DNA of 64,000 nucleotides from Octopus bimaculoides (taxonomy: Eukaryota): NCBI RefSeq assembly GCF_001194135.2, contig NC_068983.1, positions 155,645,708-155,709,707 of the forward strand. Reading direction: 5' to 3'. Positions 28,246 through 40,977 of the stretch are shown here, in pieces. The first letter of the stretch is position 1. Each line of letters opens with the position of its first letter. The position numbers and the translations under genes are program-made. The notes below the pieces were generated by a model. That model was not told where the DNA came from. It saw only the letters and a program-made list of their open reading frames with translations, and ran no database searches.

Positions 28246-28648
28246 TTGTTCAGTTGTTTTATTTTTATAACGTGCTTTCACTTCACTACCGAGCGCAGCT
28301 CTGTGCCCCTTGGGTATGTGCTGTGGTTTGCTGTGGTGCTCTTATGTTTACTGTATTGAAAGTGTTTTGCGTAGAATGTGTGCAGTACCCAGTAGTGCAA
28401 TTTTCTGTATGTTATATATATTTGTAAGTCCTGGTATTTTTGTTATGTATTTGTCTGAATATTTTTTAATTATATCTAAGGCACCTACTATGATAGGAAT
28501 TGTTTCTGTTTTTAGACTCCACATTCGAGTTATCTCTATTTCCAGGTCTTTGTATTTTGAAAGTTTTTCCATTTTTTTTCGAGAAATGTTGTCATCTGCT
28601 GGTATTGATACATCAATTAGAAAGCATTTTCTTTCTTCATGATCTTTG
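28246..28648 (-). mobile_element. R4/Dong-like 3' end (RLE domain C-terminus plus 3' UTR) between (TAA)n arrays
   Basis: CFLIDVSIPADDNISRKKMEKLSKYKDLEIEITRMWSLKTETIPIIVGAL...LGTAHILRKTLSIQ*. Confidence 0.88.
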
Positions 28649-28653
28649 ACAAC

Positions 28654-28719
<66 letters not shown>

Positions 28720-28724
28720 CTTTT

Positions 28725-29060
28725 CTACAATATGCACAAGCCTTGGATTTCGTGGACAGGCAGACAGTCGATCACATCGACCATAGTTCTCAAACGGTAT
28801 TTAATTTATCGACCCCGAAATGCTGAATGGCAAATTCGACCTTGGCGGATTTTGAACTCAGGACAATATGGTAAAATGCGAAACGTGACCGAAGTTTGCT
28901 GCCATATTTGCACAATTCGGTATTTCTATTTATGCGAATAAGAACAAATCTAAATCAAATCAAATATAATAACGGTTTCAAATTTTGGCGCAATGCCAGT
29001 AATATCAAGGGAGAGGGTTAGTCGATTACATCGATCCGAGTGTTCAACTGGTACTTATTG
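28725..29060 (-). mobile_element. Two adjacent SINE family D fragments
   Basis: GTACTTAATTTATCGACCCCGAAA...GACCTTGGCGGATTTTGAACTCAG and GGTTTCAAATTTTGGCGCAATGCCAG...TCGATTACATCGA. Confidence 0.65.
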
Positions 29061-31140
29061 CTGCAACCAGAGATTATCTGCTCGATTGTCTCAAGATGCT
29101 CTCTGTAAAGGCGACATAATGAGCCGCTTTTATGTTTCAGAACACTATTATGGTAATCCCTAGTTGGAAAGGACTGGTCCTGAACAGGAAAGGTATATAC
29201 ACTCTACCCACATTTTCTGGTTTCAGACCAGAGCACGACAACTTTTGATCCATATCAGGGTCCCTGATTGTAGTCGGGTAATTCCCATAGCCTTTGCTCT
29301 CATTTCCCCTTAACATATTTGAAGCTGGTTTGTTTGGCTATGGTTGTTGGAATCTCAATTCTTAGTTACTGGTTCTAGTTACTGGCATTTCTCGGAGGTA
29401 TATTTTCGTGTTTGTAGTCACCGAATGAAAGGTTTTGGTATCTTCATGTTTCAGAACCAGCTCTAACATCCTGTCCTTTGCTTGTAGCAGGTAGACAGGA
29501 AGTCCCATGGCTTCAGTTTTTAATGTGAATTGAGATTGTAATAACTCATGACGGCCTTCTTTTCTCGGAAGGTGTATTCGGTGTGTGTCTGCTTTTAGGT
29601 GATGCGTACGATGCATTATCATCAGTTTTCATATTTTGATATCAACTTTATTGATCTCAGAGAGGGACCAGTTTGTAATATTGAAGTTGTATGTGGATAG
29701 AAGCATGGCCAATGTGTTTATGGCCTTAATTTTGTTTCTAGCATTCAACTCAGCTTTCGGAATGGCTCTTACTCTTCTGCACCACTCCTTCCTTATCTTT
29801 TCCCCCATTAATGAGTGTTTAATCCCATCTCCTTCGCATACTCCAAGACACTTATAACTGTCCTGGTGTCCTAATTCTTTTATCTCTACCTGCAGTGATG
29901 TTGCATATGTTTGCTAGTTTTTCCTTTATAAATGTAGCCTTAGCGCATTTGTAAAGCCCAATTTCCATTTTGATTCTATCACTAAACTGTTTGACTGTGT
30001 GTAGGAGTGCTTGTATTTGTTGGTAATTTTTTGTGATCAGTTTCAAGTCATCCTCTAGCAGATGATTAACTGTTTTTCCATACGCCCTGTATCCATAACG
30101 TGTTTCATTCAGAAGTTTACTTTGAGGAAACAGTGTTAAGCAGTGTTAACACAGGAGATAATGAGTTTCACAGAAAGATTCCACAAGCAATATTCAGTTG
30201 TCCAACGTGCATATTTGTCGTGTTAGCGTTGAGAACTAATATCGTTTTCCAGTGTGAGATACAAAATGTCTGATTACTGGTGAAATTTTGAACATCGCCA
30301 AGCGTTTCTTTAACGAGTTATCAGGAAGACGATCAAAGGCTTTCATGTAATTTATGCCGGCTACTGAGAGATGTTTTTTTCTCCCTATTGTGGCAATCTT
30401 CAAAAATCATTTTATTGATTAAAAGTTGATCGCTGCATCTATAAGACCCACGTTTACATCCTTTTTATTCATCGAGGAAGAAGCTGTTGCCGATGAGAAA
30501 AATCATATGTGCATTCCATTAGGAGATGTGTAAGGGTTCGTACATTGTTGTAAGGTATTCTATGGGTTCGCAATCCTTAGGGCTTTTGTTTCATGATTTT
30601 TGTGGGGAGCAAAGATGTAGTAACATTGGCCAGCCATTCTGGGGTCGTCTGCGGTTCATTTATAATTTCGCTGTAACAATTTAGTTTCTTGTGTCTATTT
30701 GTAAACACATTGAGAAAATAACTTACGGTCTTATCCATAACAAGCGACTTCCATTTACTGGACATTATTTAAAGGCTGTTTGAAATTTACACTTAGCTAT
30801 TTTCCTATTTACTCTTCTAAAAGCTCAGAATCTTTATTTTGTCTATTAATCCACGAGGCACCATAATTGTGCTCATTTTCATCTGCCGAAACTTTCCTCC
30901 AGAACAGTATTTTATGCTCTGAAAGTACTTCTATATTGATGGTATTCATTCCAATATGCCTATAGAAACTTTTGGGGTTATTTTTTAAATATGCTATTAT
31001 CTTTGAAAAACCTGGATCGTCATTCAAGGTACACTTTTATTTTATCTTCTCCACTACTTCACCAAATTGGTCTTCGGACTTCAATTTGTTCTTTTTCATG
31101 ATCTTTCTCTCCTTAGATAGCTTTATATTATAAACGTTGT
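29060..31140 (-). mobile_element. Long R4/Dong-like RT-region fossil
   Basis: KNNPKSFYRHIG, PEWLANVTTSLLP, LLHTVKQFSD.IKMEIGLYKCAKATF and HHLKADTHRIHLPRKEGR, with stops and frameshifts. Confidence 0.75.
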
Positions 31141-31675
31141 TTAAGTTTTAGCAGTGATTCAGAGAGCATCGATTTGTTTCTTGATTTTGTTTCTTGCCAC
31201 GTTGGTCTCTTATAAGGATTTGCCACTCTCTCTTTTCAGTTTCCGCCGTACATTTTGGTGCAGGCTGTAGCAGCAGCATGGAGTACCTCATAATAAGGGA
31301 CATAACTCCGGGATAAATAACACCAAGAAACTACACCAAGAAACTATCTCCACAGAAGGAATTTTATGCAATAACAGTTGTGAATTGGAAAGAAAACTTG
31401 GCAATAAATCTCAAGGAAATGATCTTTTAAAGCAAACCAAGTGGTAAAAACAAAGAGATTATTGTCTGATAAAGCAAAGTTTTTTCTATGCGTATTTTGG
31501 GGTGACACATGTGAAAAATAGAAATCAACATCAGGAACCTCGGGAGGAAAAGGAAAAAATAACTGGTTTGTGTGCAGTAATTACGTAAATTAATTACATA
31601 TATATCCAAGTAAATATTTATAAACTACGTACACAAGTAAATATTTATAGAGTACATAAATAATGCTTACACGAT

Positions 31676-31730
<55 letters not shown>

Positions 31731-32027
31731 TGTCACAAGTAAAGCAAAACAAAACAACTTTCCATTAGAAAACACGGTGAGAAAATAACCACTGGATTTA
31801 AATCAACAATAGACTGACGGGCCCGAACACATATCTACCAGACAAAAAAAAAAAAAGAAAAAAGAAAAAATAGAAAAAATAATCTAGTTTCGTTCTGTAA
31901 GTCTCACGCGATTATGATGAGGAAAATATCTATTCAGAAGACTAAGAAACGATGTTTTCTTTAAAAAATTAAACTCTAGACAGACACACACGTCTCCTCA
32001 TGTCAACGTTGTGTTAATGGAAACAAG

Positions 32028-32162
32028 CCACAACCGGGTGGACGAACGCCGTGCCTTTCATCCTTCCATGGTCGATAAAATAAATACCAACTGAACACTG
32101 GGGTCGATGTAATTGATTCATCTCCTCTCCTAAAATTGCTGTCATTGTGACAAATTTGAAAC

Positions 32163-32165
<3 letters not shown>
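32028..32165 (+). mobile_element. SINE family D 3' part
   Basis: GCCTTTCATCCTTCCATGGTCGATAAAATAAATACCAACTGAACACTGGGGTCGATGTAATTGA...ACAAATTTGAAACC. Confidence 0.7.
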
Positions 32166-32222
<57 letters not shown>

Positions 32223-32223
<1 letters not shown>

Positions 32224-32502
32224 GTTCAGTAGTTTTATTTTTATAACGTGCTTTCACTTCACTACCGAGCGCAGCTCTGTGCGCCTTGGGTATGTGCTGT
32301 GGTTTGCTGTGGTGCTCTTATGTTTACTGTATTGAAAGTGTTTTGCGTAGAATGTGTGCAGTACCCAGTAGTGCAATTTTCTGTATGTTATATATATTTG
32401 TAAGTCCTGGTATTTTTGTTATGTATTTGTCTGAATATTTTTTTATTATACCTAAGGCACCTACTATGAGAGGAATTGTTTCTGTTTTTAGATTCCACAT
32501 TC
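32223..32502 (-). mobile_element. R4/Dong-like 3' end between (TAA)n arrays, near-identical to 28246-28540
   Basis: MWNLKTETIPLIVGALGIIKKYSDKYITKIPGLTNIYNIQKIALLGTAHILRKTLSIQ* plus the same 3' UTR. Confidence 0.88.
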
Positions 32503-32503
32503 G

Positions 32504-32572
<69 letters not shown>

Positions 32573-32639
32573 GTTGTTGTTGTTGTTGTTGTTGTTGTTA
32601 TTATCATCATCATTATCATTATTATTATTATTATTATTG

Positions 32640-33160
32640 AGTGAGAGAGCAGTGTATGCCATCAAAGTAACACTAGGGTAAAATATACGAAGCCCAGTAT
32701 ACCCGTCTGATAAGGGTATGCAAGGAACATGCATCACAGCCATATGTGCGCGACATGGTGATCTCATATCAAGATAAATAGCGCATGACCTCGCAGGTGG
32801 GGGCCCAGTTAGAATTTTCTTCAGGTTAAGTAGCCCATCCCGCTCAAAAGGTCCTTGAATAAGGTTTGTTTAAGGATGTTGAACGAAACACCCATGTTTC
32901 CAGGGCTGAATTATTCAAATCCCAAAGAATTCCTCTCAACACATGGCGATGATACTCCCCCACTACTTCTGCTCATGATCAGAGATACACGTATCGTCAG
33001 TCACCAAGGGACATGCTCAACTGGTTAAAGTCAAACAACTGACAAGCAAATCTGTGGTATTAAGCAGAATATTTGCTGTAGCTCATCTTTTTATACCAAG
33101 ACAGAACAATGTACATGATAACACTTCCAATCAGTTAAGATGAGAAGCCATGAGAGCCAC
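32640..33160 (-). mobile_element. About 520-bp non-coding interspersed unit flanked by (TAA)n; partial second copy at 28065-28200
   Basis: 33050-33160 is highly similar to 28070-28190. No ORF. Both ends abut (ATT)n. Confidence 0.6.
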
Positions 33161-33252
<92 letters not shown>

Positions 33253-33299
33253 TTATTGTTGTTGTTGTTGTTGTTATTATTATTATTAATACTGTTCAA

Positions 33300-34160
33300 C
33301 ATTTAGTAATTTCAGGCAAATTTCTACTACATCACTGCTACTCCACCTTGTTGGTCGGGTGTGTGCAGCATTGTGTGTTCTTTCCAAGTATTACATTGCC
33401 TTCGTTTTTTTCTCTTGAGGGGTGGTGCAGTCTTTTGTTGTATTACTGCTTCTATTGTGTGCTGGTTGTGTAATGCATTAGTTATCTGGCTTGCATGTCG
33501 AAGCGTATTTCACTGGATAATTGCTGTATAAAGTGTGTTTTGTGTTTCTGGGTTGTTTTGTATGGGTTGTATTAGTGAATCGATAGTGTTGTGCGTGGGA
33601 TGTGGGCTGTTCCTAGCAGGACTATTTTTGGACGGTGTGTAGTGTTGAGAATCCTGGTACAGCTTCTACGTTTTTCTACGGCATATCCCAGATGATTGTG
33701 GCCTGGTCATTGTCTCGTACCTTGTTTGGCACATGATTATACCATCCATTGTCAGTTTTAATGCTGTAGTGTTTGTTGGTATATTGTCCAGTGGATATAA
33801 CCAATCACTCGGTCGTGTATACACACACACACACACACACATATATATATTCAAATTTAGCAAGGAATGGGCAACCAGACATGATGTGGTCAACTGTCTC
33901 ATTGCGCTGGTTGCACATTCTGCATTCGTTGTTAGGGCTTGTTTTCATTATTTTGCTTTGAAAATTGTTCGTAGTCAGGCATTGGTCTTGTGCAGCGAGA
34001 ATCGGTCCTTCCATTTCAGCTTTTAGGCCAGAGCAATCACTAAAGGTTGACAAAATCATTGAGGATGATTCAAGGATTGCATAAAAAAAGCGTTTAAAAA
34101 GAAAAATATGCCAGCCACACAAAACGAGGGTCATCACTTGAGCCATTTTCGCCGCTTTCA
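33300..34160 (-). mobile_element. R4/Dong-like zinc-finger/RLE region and 3' end (second subfamily), internally deleted
   Basis: LKAEMEGPILAAQDQCLTTNNF..CRMCNQRNETVDHIMSGCPFLAKFEY, with a 3' UTR ending at (AAT)n. Confidence 0.8.
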
Positions 34161-34699
34161 TCTATCTTTTAACAAATTTGCTGGGAGACAGTATTTCCTT
34201 TTCCAGCCTTCATATCCATTTCAAGTAAAAAGATTAATGGATTGGCCAAAAAGATCTTGAGCTCTTTCAATTTTGATCAGCACATAAACTCTTTTTGTGA
34301 AAGCCAGCAGACAGAAAAAGCCTGCCAGTTCCTCCTGGCTAAGCTAGACAAAGTGAATTAGGATATGTAAAATACGCTTACAGATTACGAAGGCAGAGAG
34401 TAAGAGATACTATACAATATATTGAAAGACGCATTTAAAATATTAAACAACCACGCGCACACGCACTCACAAGCACACACATACACATATCAACATCATT
34501 TTCCACTACCATATTTTTCTCACTTACATCCACTTTTTAACTTATGCACACTCATACACGCATACATGTATACATACAAATGAATACATAAACACATACA
34601 TATTTACATAGCAAAAATGAAAAGTACAATGAAATACAATAATTAAAACCAGATATAGTTAAAGGAAATAAAACATGAAAGATTACTGCTTGGGCTATA

Positions 34700-35960
34700 T
34701 TTAGGGCAATCCAAAATCCCGTTCGAGTGGAGCCAAATGCACTTGTATATATTTTTCTAGACATTTGGTGTTCGAAAATATTAAAACCTTGAAGTTATTC
34801 TCTTTTAAGTTTGATGTTAATTTCTTAATTTAAATTTTACGATAATACTCTACCATGTTTTTTTAGCGTCTGATTTTAACTCTCTTTAGTGTTATTCTAT
34901 TTTCTTTGGAAAATTCGTGTTACAAGGCAGGAGTAATTTTATTTCTTATCTTGTTGATTTGTTTTCGAAGAATGGTGTACTGTACTTTAGCTGTGCTCTT
35001 CTCCCTTTTTTTTATAATCCTGAGGTGTAATTCCATTGATATTTAAAAGAAATTGTTACCCCCACCATTATTTTCATTGTTTTACTCTGAGTCAATTTTT
35101 GCTAAATCGACAGGGTGCACCAACATATAATATTTTATGGTTTCTCCTATTTTTACTTTTGATTATTTTACGAAGTTATTGGAACTTTTCAGAATATATA
35201 CTTGAAGAGAAGGCCTCTTATAATTTAGAGAAAAATCATAAAAACTTCATCTGTAGGCATGTAAAATAATCTTAGAGAAAATTTTTTGTCTAAATGTTTA
35301 ACTGGAAAACTAACGAATATATTTTTAAAACACACTGGACCATTCGAAATGTTTCGGGTAATAATAAGGAAATTTACAATAACGATATTTGTTTTATAGT
35401 GACAGAAATATCATATATTGAAAGAAGTGATGTGTTGTTTTCTTATCGTATTAATTTTTTATACATTTTTGTTGTGAGTTTATATTTATGATTGTGACCA
35501 AATCAACATTGCAGTAATAAAAGAAAAACTTTTGATCACAGGTAATTTCTTTTCTTTCTTTTTTTCCTGGTTAAGGAAAGGGAATGTAACAAAATCCGTC
35601 TCATCAAGAGATTCACTAGTTCCTATGCTGACGTCAAAAGTTAGTCTAAAATCATCAAAGGTGACTAATACTTTCTGGCTAATAAAATTATGCCAATATC
35701 TGACTGGTCAATATGCGTAATTGATTTTGCAAAATCAATAGATTTGTTACATGTGTCAAGCTGATTGAATTTAGAATAATTTTTATGAGGATAGATTTAA
35801 ACGAGTTTATTAAAGCTTGGGTATTTCGCCCAGAGATTAAGTTGAGTCGCCTTGAAGAAGGTATAATCCTGTCATGTATCATTGTGTGAAGATGACAATA
35901 CCTAAATTTGGTTGCATCAATACGGCAAAAATGAAAGGCCTCGATTAAAATCTGTTCAAT
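34700..35960 (-). mobile_element. Penelope-like element reverse transcriptase fossil
   Basis: NKSIDFAKSITHIDQSDIGIILLARK and LTFDVSIGTSES (~35608-35640) match the PLE RT segment F-D-V-x-M-G-S. Confidence 0.65.
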
Positions 35961-36752
35961 GATCACTAAATGTTTTGAGAGCAGGGACTCAGTTGGGCCA
36001 TTGGTCTGTAGTGTAGTCTGTTTATTACTTACATGCTAATATATATATATATATATANNNNNNNNNNNNNNNNNNNNNNNNNNNNNNNNNNNNNNNNNNN
36101 NNNNNNNNNNNNNNNNNNNNNNNNNNNNNNNNNNNNNNNNNNNNNNNNNNNNNNNNNNNNNNNNNNNNNNNNNNNNNNNNNNNNNNNNNNNNNNNNNNNN
36201 NNNNNNNNNNNNNNNNNNNNNNNNNNNNNNNNNNNNNNNNNNNNNNNNNNNNNNNNNNNNNNNNNNNNNNNNNNNNNNNNNNNNNNNNNNNNNNNNNNNN
36301 NNNNNNNNNNNNNNNNNNNNNNNNNNNNNNNNNNNNNNNNNNNNNNNNNNNNNNNNNNNNNNNNNNNNNNNNNNNNNNNNNNNNNNNNNNNNNNNNNNNN
36401 NNNNNNNNNNNNNNNNNNNNNNNNNNNNNNNNNNNNNNNNNNNNNNNNNNNNNNNNNNNNNNNNNNNNNNNNNNNNNNNNNNNNNNNNNNNNNNNNNNNN
36501 NNNNNNNNNNNNNNNNNNNNNNNNNNNNNNNNNNNNNNNNNNNNNNNNNNNNNNNNNNNNNNNNNNNNNNNNNNNNNNNNNNNNNNNNNNNNNNNNNNNN
36601 NNNNNNNNNNNNNNNNNNNNNNNNNNNNNNNNNNNNNNNNNNNNNNNNNNNNNNNNNNNNNNNNNNNNNNNNNNNNNNNNNNNNNNNNNNNNNNNNNNNN
36701 NNNNNNNNNNNNNNNNNNNNNNNNNNNNNNNNNNNNNATATATATATATATA

Positions 36753-37996
36753 CAGGGGCTGGACAAAATAATGGAAAACCCTTAAAATTTCAAACAAATT
36801 TATTCTAATACGAGGTAGGACAGCCTTTGGCAGTAATTACAGGTTGAATTCTACGAGCTATGGACTCGTACAAAGTATGAATTGTTTCCAAAGTAATTTT
36901 TGTCCATTCTTCAGCTAAAACAGTCTCCAGTTCTTATAGTGACTCCTTACCTTTTTCCTAAAATGCACCATAAATGTTCAATAATATTATGATCTGGGGA
37001 CTGTGATGGACAGATAAGATGTTTAACTTCACTAGAATGGTCCTCATACCATTCAGTAACAACATTAGCTGTGTGAATTGGTGCATTATCATCCTGATAA
37101 TGCACAATTCAGCAACCAGAGGATGAATTTAGTCAGACAAAATGCTTAAATAATCTTCAATATTAATTCTGTCATGAAGGAAAACCATTGGGCCGGGGAT
37201 TTAACAAGATATAGCCCCCACCAGACCATCACAGATCCTCCTCCATATTTAACAGTTAGACGAAGGCAGTCTGGGCCAAATGCTTCTTTTGGCTGTCTCC
37301 ACACATATACTCGGCCGGTGCTCGGAAATAAGGTAAAGGATGACTCGTTCGAGAAAATAACATTTTTTCACTGCTCTACCGACCAATCCCGTAGGTTTTT
37401 ACTCCACTCTAAACGCTTTGCAACCTTTGTTTTTACATGTCGTGGTTTTCTATTTGCAGCCCTCCCATGAAATCCGGCTTTGTGCAGCTCCCAGCAAACA
37501 GGTTTTGTGGAAAGTGAGTTCTCGAGGTGGCGCATTAAGCTCTGCAGTAATTTTAGGAGCTGTACTTTTGTGATCCTTTCTAACAATTCGCGTAAACATC
37601 CGAAGGTCCCTATCTGAAGGTTGTGGTTTTCTTCTGGGGTTTTGTTTCGACGAGGAGGTTTATCCCTCTTTTTCAAAGGCTATCATTACTTTTGAGACAA
37701 CGCTTCTTGATACACCAAACATTTCGGCAGTTATCGTTACGCTAGCGCCTGCCATAGGAGCACCAACAATTTGACCTGTTTGAAAGTCCGATACATCTGT
37801 CATTTTAATGAATTTTAATTACCTGTTTCTGATGATATCTGAGAGAAAAAAAATAGAAATTTTAGTGAAACATATTAAACAACACTAATAATAAATCAAA
37901 AAACATAAAAATAAACAAGCTTTTGATAGTTTTATAGATATTTCAAAATTATGATGCTATGATGCTAGGTGTTTCCATTATTTTCTCCAACCCCTG
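36753..37996 (-). mobile_element. Tc1-like DNA transposon with DD36E spacing, full length, pseudogenised, inserted in (TA)n
   Basis: TIRs CAGGGGCTGGACAAAATAATGGAAA / CAGGGGTTGGAGAAAATAATGGAAA flanked by TA. Transposase shows MTDVSDFQTGQIVGA, YGGGSVMVW and QDDNAPIHT...SPDHNIIEHLW. Confidence 0.93.
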
Positions 37997-38862
37997 TATG
38001 TATATATATATATATATATATATNNNNNNNNNNNNNNNNNNNNNNNNNNNNNNNNNNNNNNNNNNNNNNNNNNNNNNNNNNNNNNNNNNNNNNNNNNNNN
38101 NNNNNNNNNNNNNNNNNNNNNNNNNNNNNNNNNNNNNNNNNNNNNNNNNNNNNNNNNNNNNNNNNNNNNNNNNNNNNNNNNNNNNNNNNNNNNNNNNNNN
38201 NNNNNNNNNNNNNNNNNNNNNNNNNNNNNNNNNNNNNNNNNNNNNNNNNNNNNNNNNNNNNNNNNNNNNNNNNNNNNNNNNNNNNNNNNNNNNNNNNNNN
38301 NNNNNNNNNNNNNNNNNNNNNNNNNNNNNNNNNNNNNNNNNNNNNNNNNNNNNNNNNNNNNNNNNNNNNNNNNNNNNNNNNNNNNNNNNNNNNNNNNNNN
38401 NNNNNNNNNNNNNNNNNNNNNNNNNNNNNNNNNNNNNNNNNNNNNNNNNNNNNNNNNNNNNNNNNNNNNNNNNNNNNNNNNNNNNNNNNNNNNNNNNNNN
38501 NNNNNNNNNNNNNNNNNNNNNNNNNNNNNNNNNNNNNNNNNNNNNNNNNNNNNNNNNNNNNNNNNNNNNNNNNNNNNNNNNNNNNNNNNNNNNNNNNNNN
38601 NNNNNNNNNNNNNNNNNNNNNNNNNNNNNNNNNNNNNNNNNNNNNNNNNNNNNNNNNNNNNNNNNNNNNNNNNNNNNNNNNNNNNNNNNNNNNNNNNNNN
38701 NNNNNNNNNNNNNNNNNNNNNNNNNNNNNNNNNNNNNNNNNNNNNNNNNNNNNNNNNNNNNNNNNNNNNNATATACACGCACATACACACACTCATACAC
38801 ACACATGCACACACACACATATCAGTGCCTCTAAATATATGAATGTGCAACATTCTCTGTCC

Positions 38863-38893
<31 letters not shown>

Positions 38894-39339
38894 CATATAC
38901 TTGTGTTTGAATATGCTCCTGTGTTTGTGGTCGTCTTTTTGTAGGTTATTATACATACTAAATATGTTTGTCGATGCGACTGTGTACGTAATGTGTTTGT
39001 CTGTTTTAGCAAAAATGATGGATTTGTCGTATTATTGGTTTAATATCTTTCTATAAACCACACGAAACTCTTACCGCTTCACCCTTACGACTATGCTTCC
39101 CCCCTTTCCAACATCGTCACCGTAAGTAACAACAACAATAACAACAAAAACAACATTAGCTACACACCCAAACCATTACCGACACAACAACAATCATATC
39201 ATCAACATAGAAGAAAATATCAAATTTGGCCACTACAAAATAAACATGTTGTCACCTCCTTCCTCATACAAACACAACTGCAAGCAATTAACTCAATAAC
39301 CTTTAACCTTTCTACCATCAACTCCACCAACAAATAAAC

Positions 39340-39362
39340 ATTTAATAATAATAATAATAATG

Positions 39363-39408
<46 letters not shown>

Positions 39409-39438
39409 CAAAAATAATAATCATAATAATAATATGAA

Positions 39439-39514
<76 letters not shown>

Positions 39515-39683
39515 AAGAAGAAGAAGAAAGCGAAGAAGGGGAAGAAGAAAGCGAAGAAGGGGAAGAAGAAGAAAAAGGAGAAGAAGAAGAAGAAGAAGAA
39601 GAAGAAGAAGAAGAAGAAGAAGAAAAAAGAAGAAGAAAAAAGAAGAAGAAAAAAAAAAAAAAAAAATAATAATAATAATGATG

Positions 39684-39745
<62 letters not shown>
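39340..39745. repeat. Compound trinucleotide array (AAT)n(AGT)n(AAG)n(AAT)n
   Basis: Read directly. Comparable compound arrays occur at 1890-2200, 16410-16665, 22826-23015, 27718-27900, 32503-32640, 33160-33290, 48335-48490 and 63485-63606. Confidence 0.95.
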
Positions 39746-39746
<1 letters not shown>

Positions 39747-40621
39747 TGTACAATAACATAAACAGCAACAACATCTGCAACTTAAGACCAAATCTCTATG
39801 AAGAGTAAACTCAATAATAAAGTAACAAAGTCGAACTAATCTTGTCTGAGTCGGTCAACGGAAATGGCAAACACCAACTTCCACCACTATTCTTTCACTG
39901 TTATTTCATACCTCTATCCATCTTTCTTACCACCATTTTGAACATTTTCATTTTCATCATTATCGACAACCTGAACAACAACAACAACAACAATAACAAT
40001 GACAACGCTGACAACAACGTTAACAATAGAAAAACAAACACTACACAAACAACTATAACAAGAGATTACAATATAAAAAAATTGCAAGCCATTAACAACA
40101 TATATACATATATATGTATGTATATATATATATATATATATATAGGCACACACACGCACACACACATACAAACAAACACACACACACAAATACAAACACC
40201 AACACACACACATGTTCTTTTTTTTTTTATCAACTTTGACCTTTATCATCATTCATCTCGCATTACAGCCACATTCACCACCATTCCACAACTATATCTG
40301 CAACACCGTCACTCGCAATCGATATCACCATCATCACCATCTCCACAGACTTCCACATAATTATAACAAAATGTAGCATTTGCTAGAAGCACAATGCAGA
40401 AGATGAGGGAAGCGCAAAATAGCAGCTAAATCATTTTTAAATCACACTTTACCGTCTGGCACAGTGTAGGATACTTTGTTAATGTAAACTTAGAATTAAA
40501 AAAAGACCTCTTGGGCACGGTTGGTCAGCTTCACATTATAGAGCATCTAATTTAGAAGTGACCATGGCCAAGACAACAATACCATTGCAGCTCATAAAGT
40601 TATTAATCTCTACATCTCTAT

Positions 40622-40838
40622 AAGGTAGCTAAATGGCAGAAACGTTAGCACGCCGGGCGAAATGCTTTGCGGTATTTCGCCTGTCTCTACGTTCTGAGTT
40701 CAAATACCACCGAGCTCGACTTCGCCTTTCATCCTTTCAGGGTCGATAAATTAATTACCAGTTGCGTACTAAGATCGATGTAATCGACTGGATTCCTTCC
40801 CAAAAATTTCGGGCCTTGAGCTTAGAGTAGAAAAGAAT
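40622..40838 (+). mobile_element. SINE family D (Nin-domain-like), near full length
   Basis: TGGCAGAAACGTTAGCACGCCGGGCGAAATGC...GAGTTCAAAT...CGACTTCGCCTTTCATCCTTTCAGGGTCGATAAATTAATTACCAG...GGGCCTTG. Confidence 0.8.
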
Positions 40839-40936
40839 ATCTACATCTTTATAGCGAAATACGAGCATATCAACAGGAATATGGACACAATCAGTATCTC
40901 CTAATACAATAACGAGCGTAGAGTTTTTATATGTAT

Positions 40937-40977
<41 letters not shown>

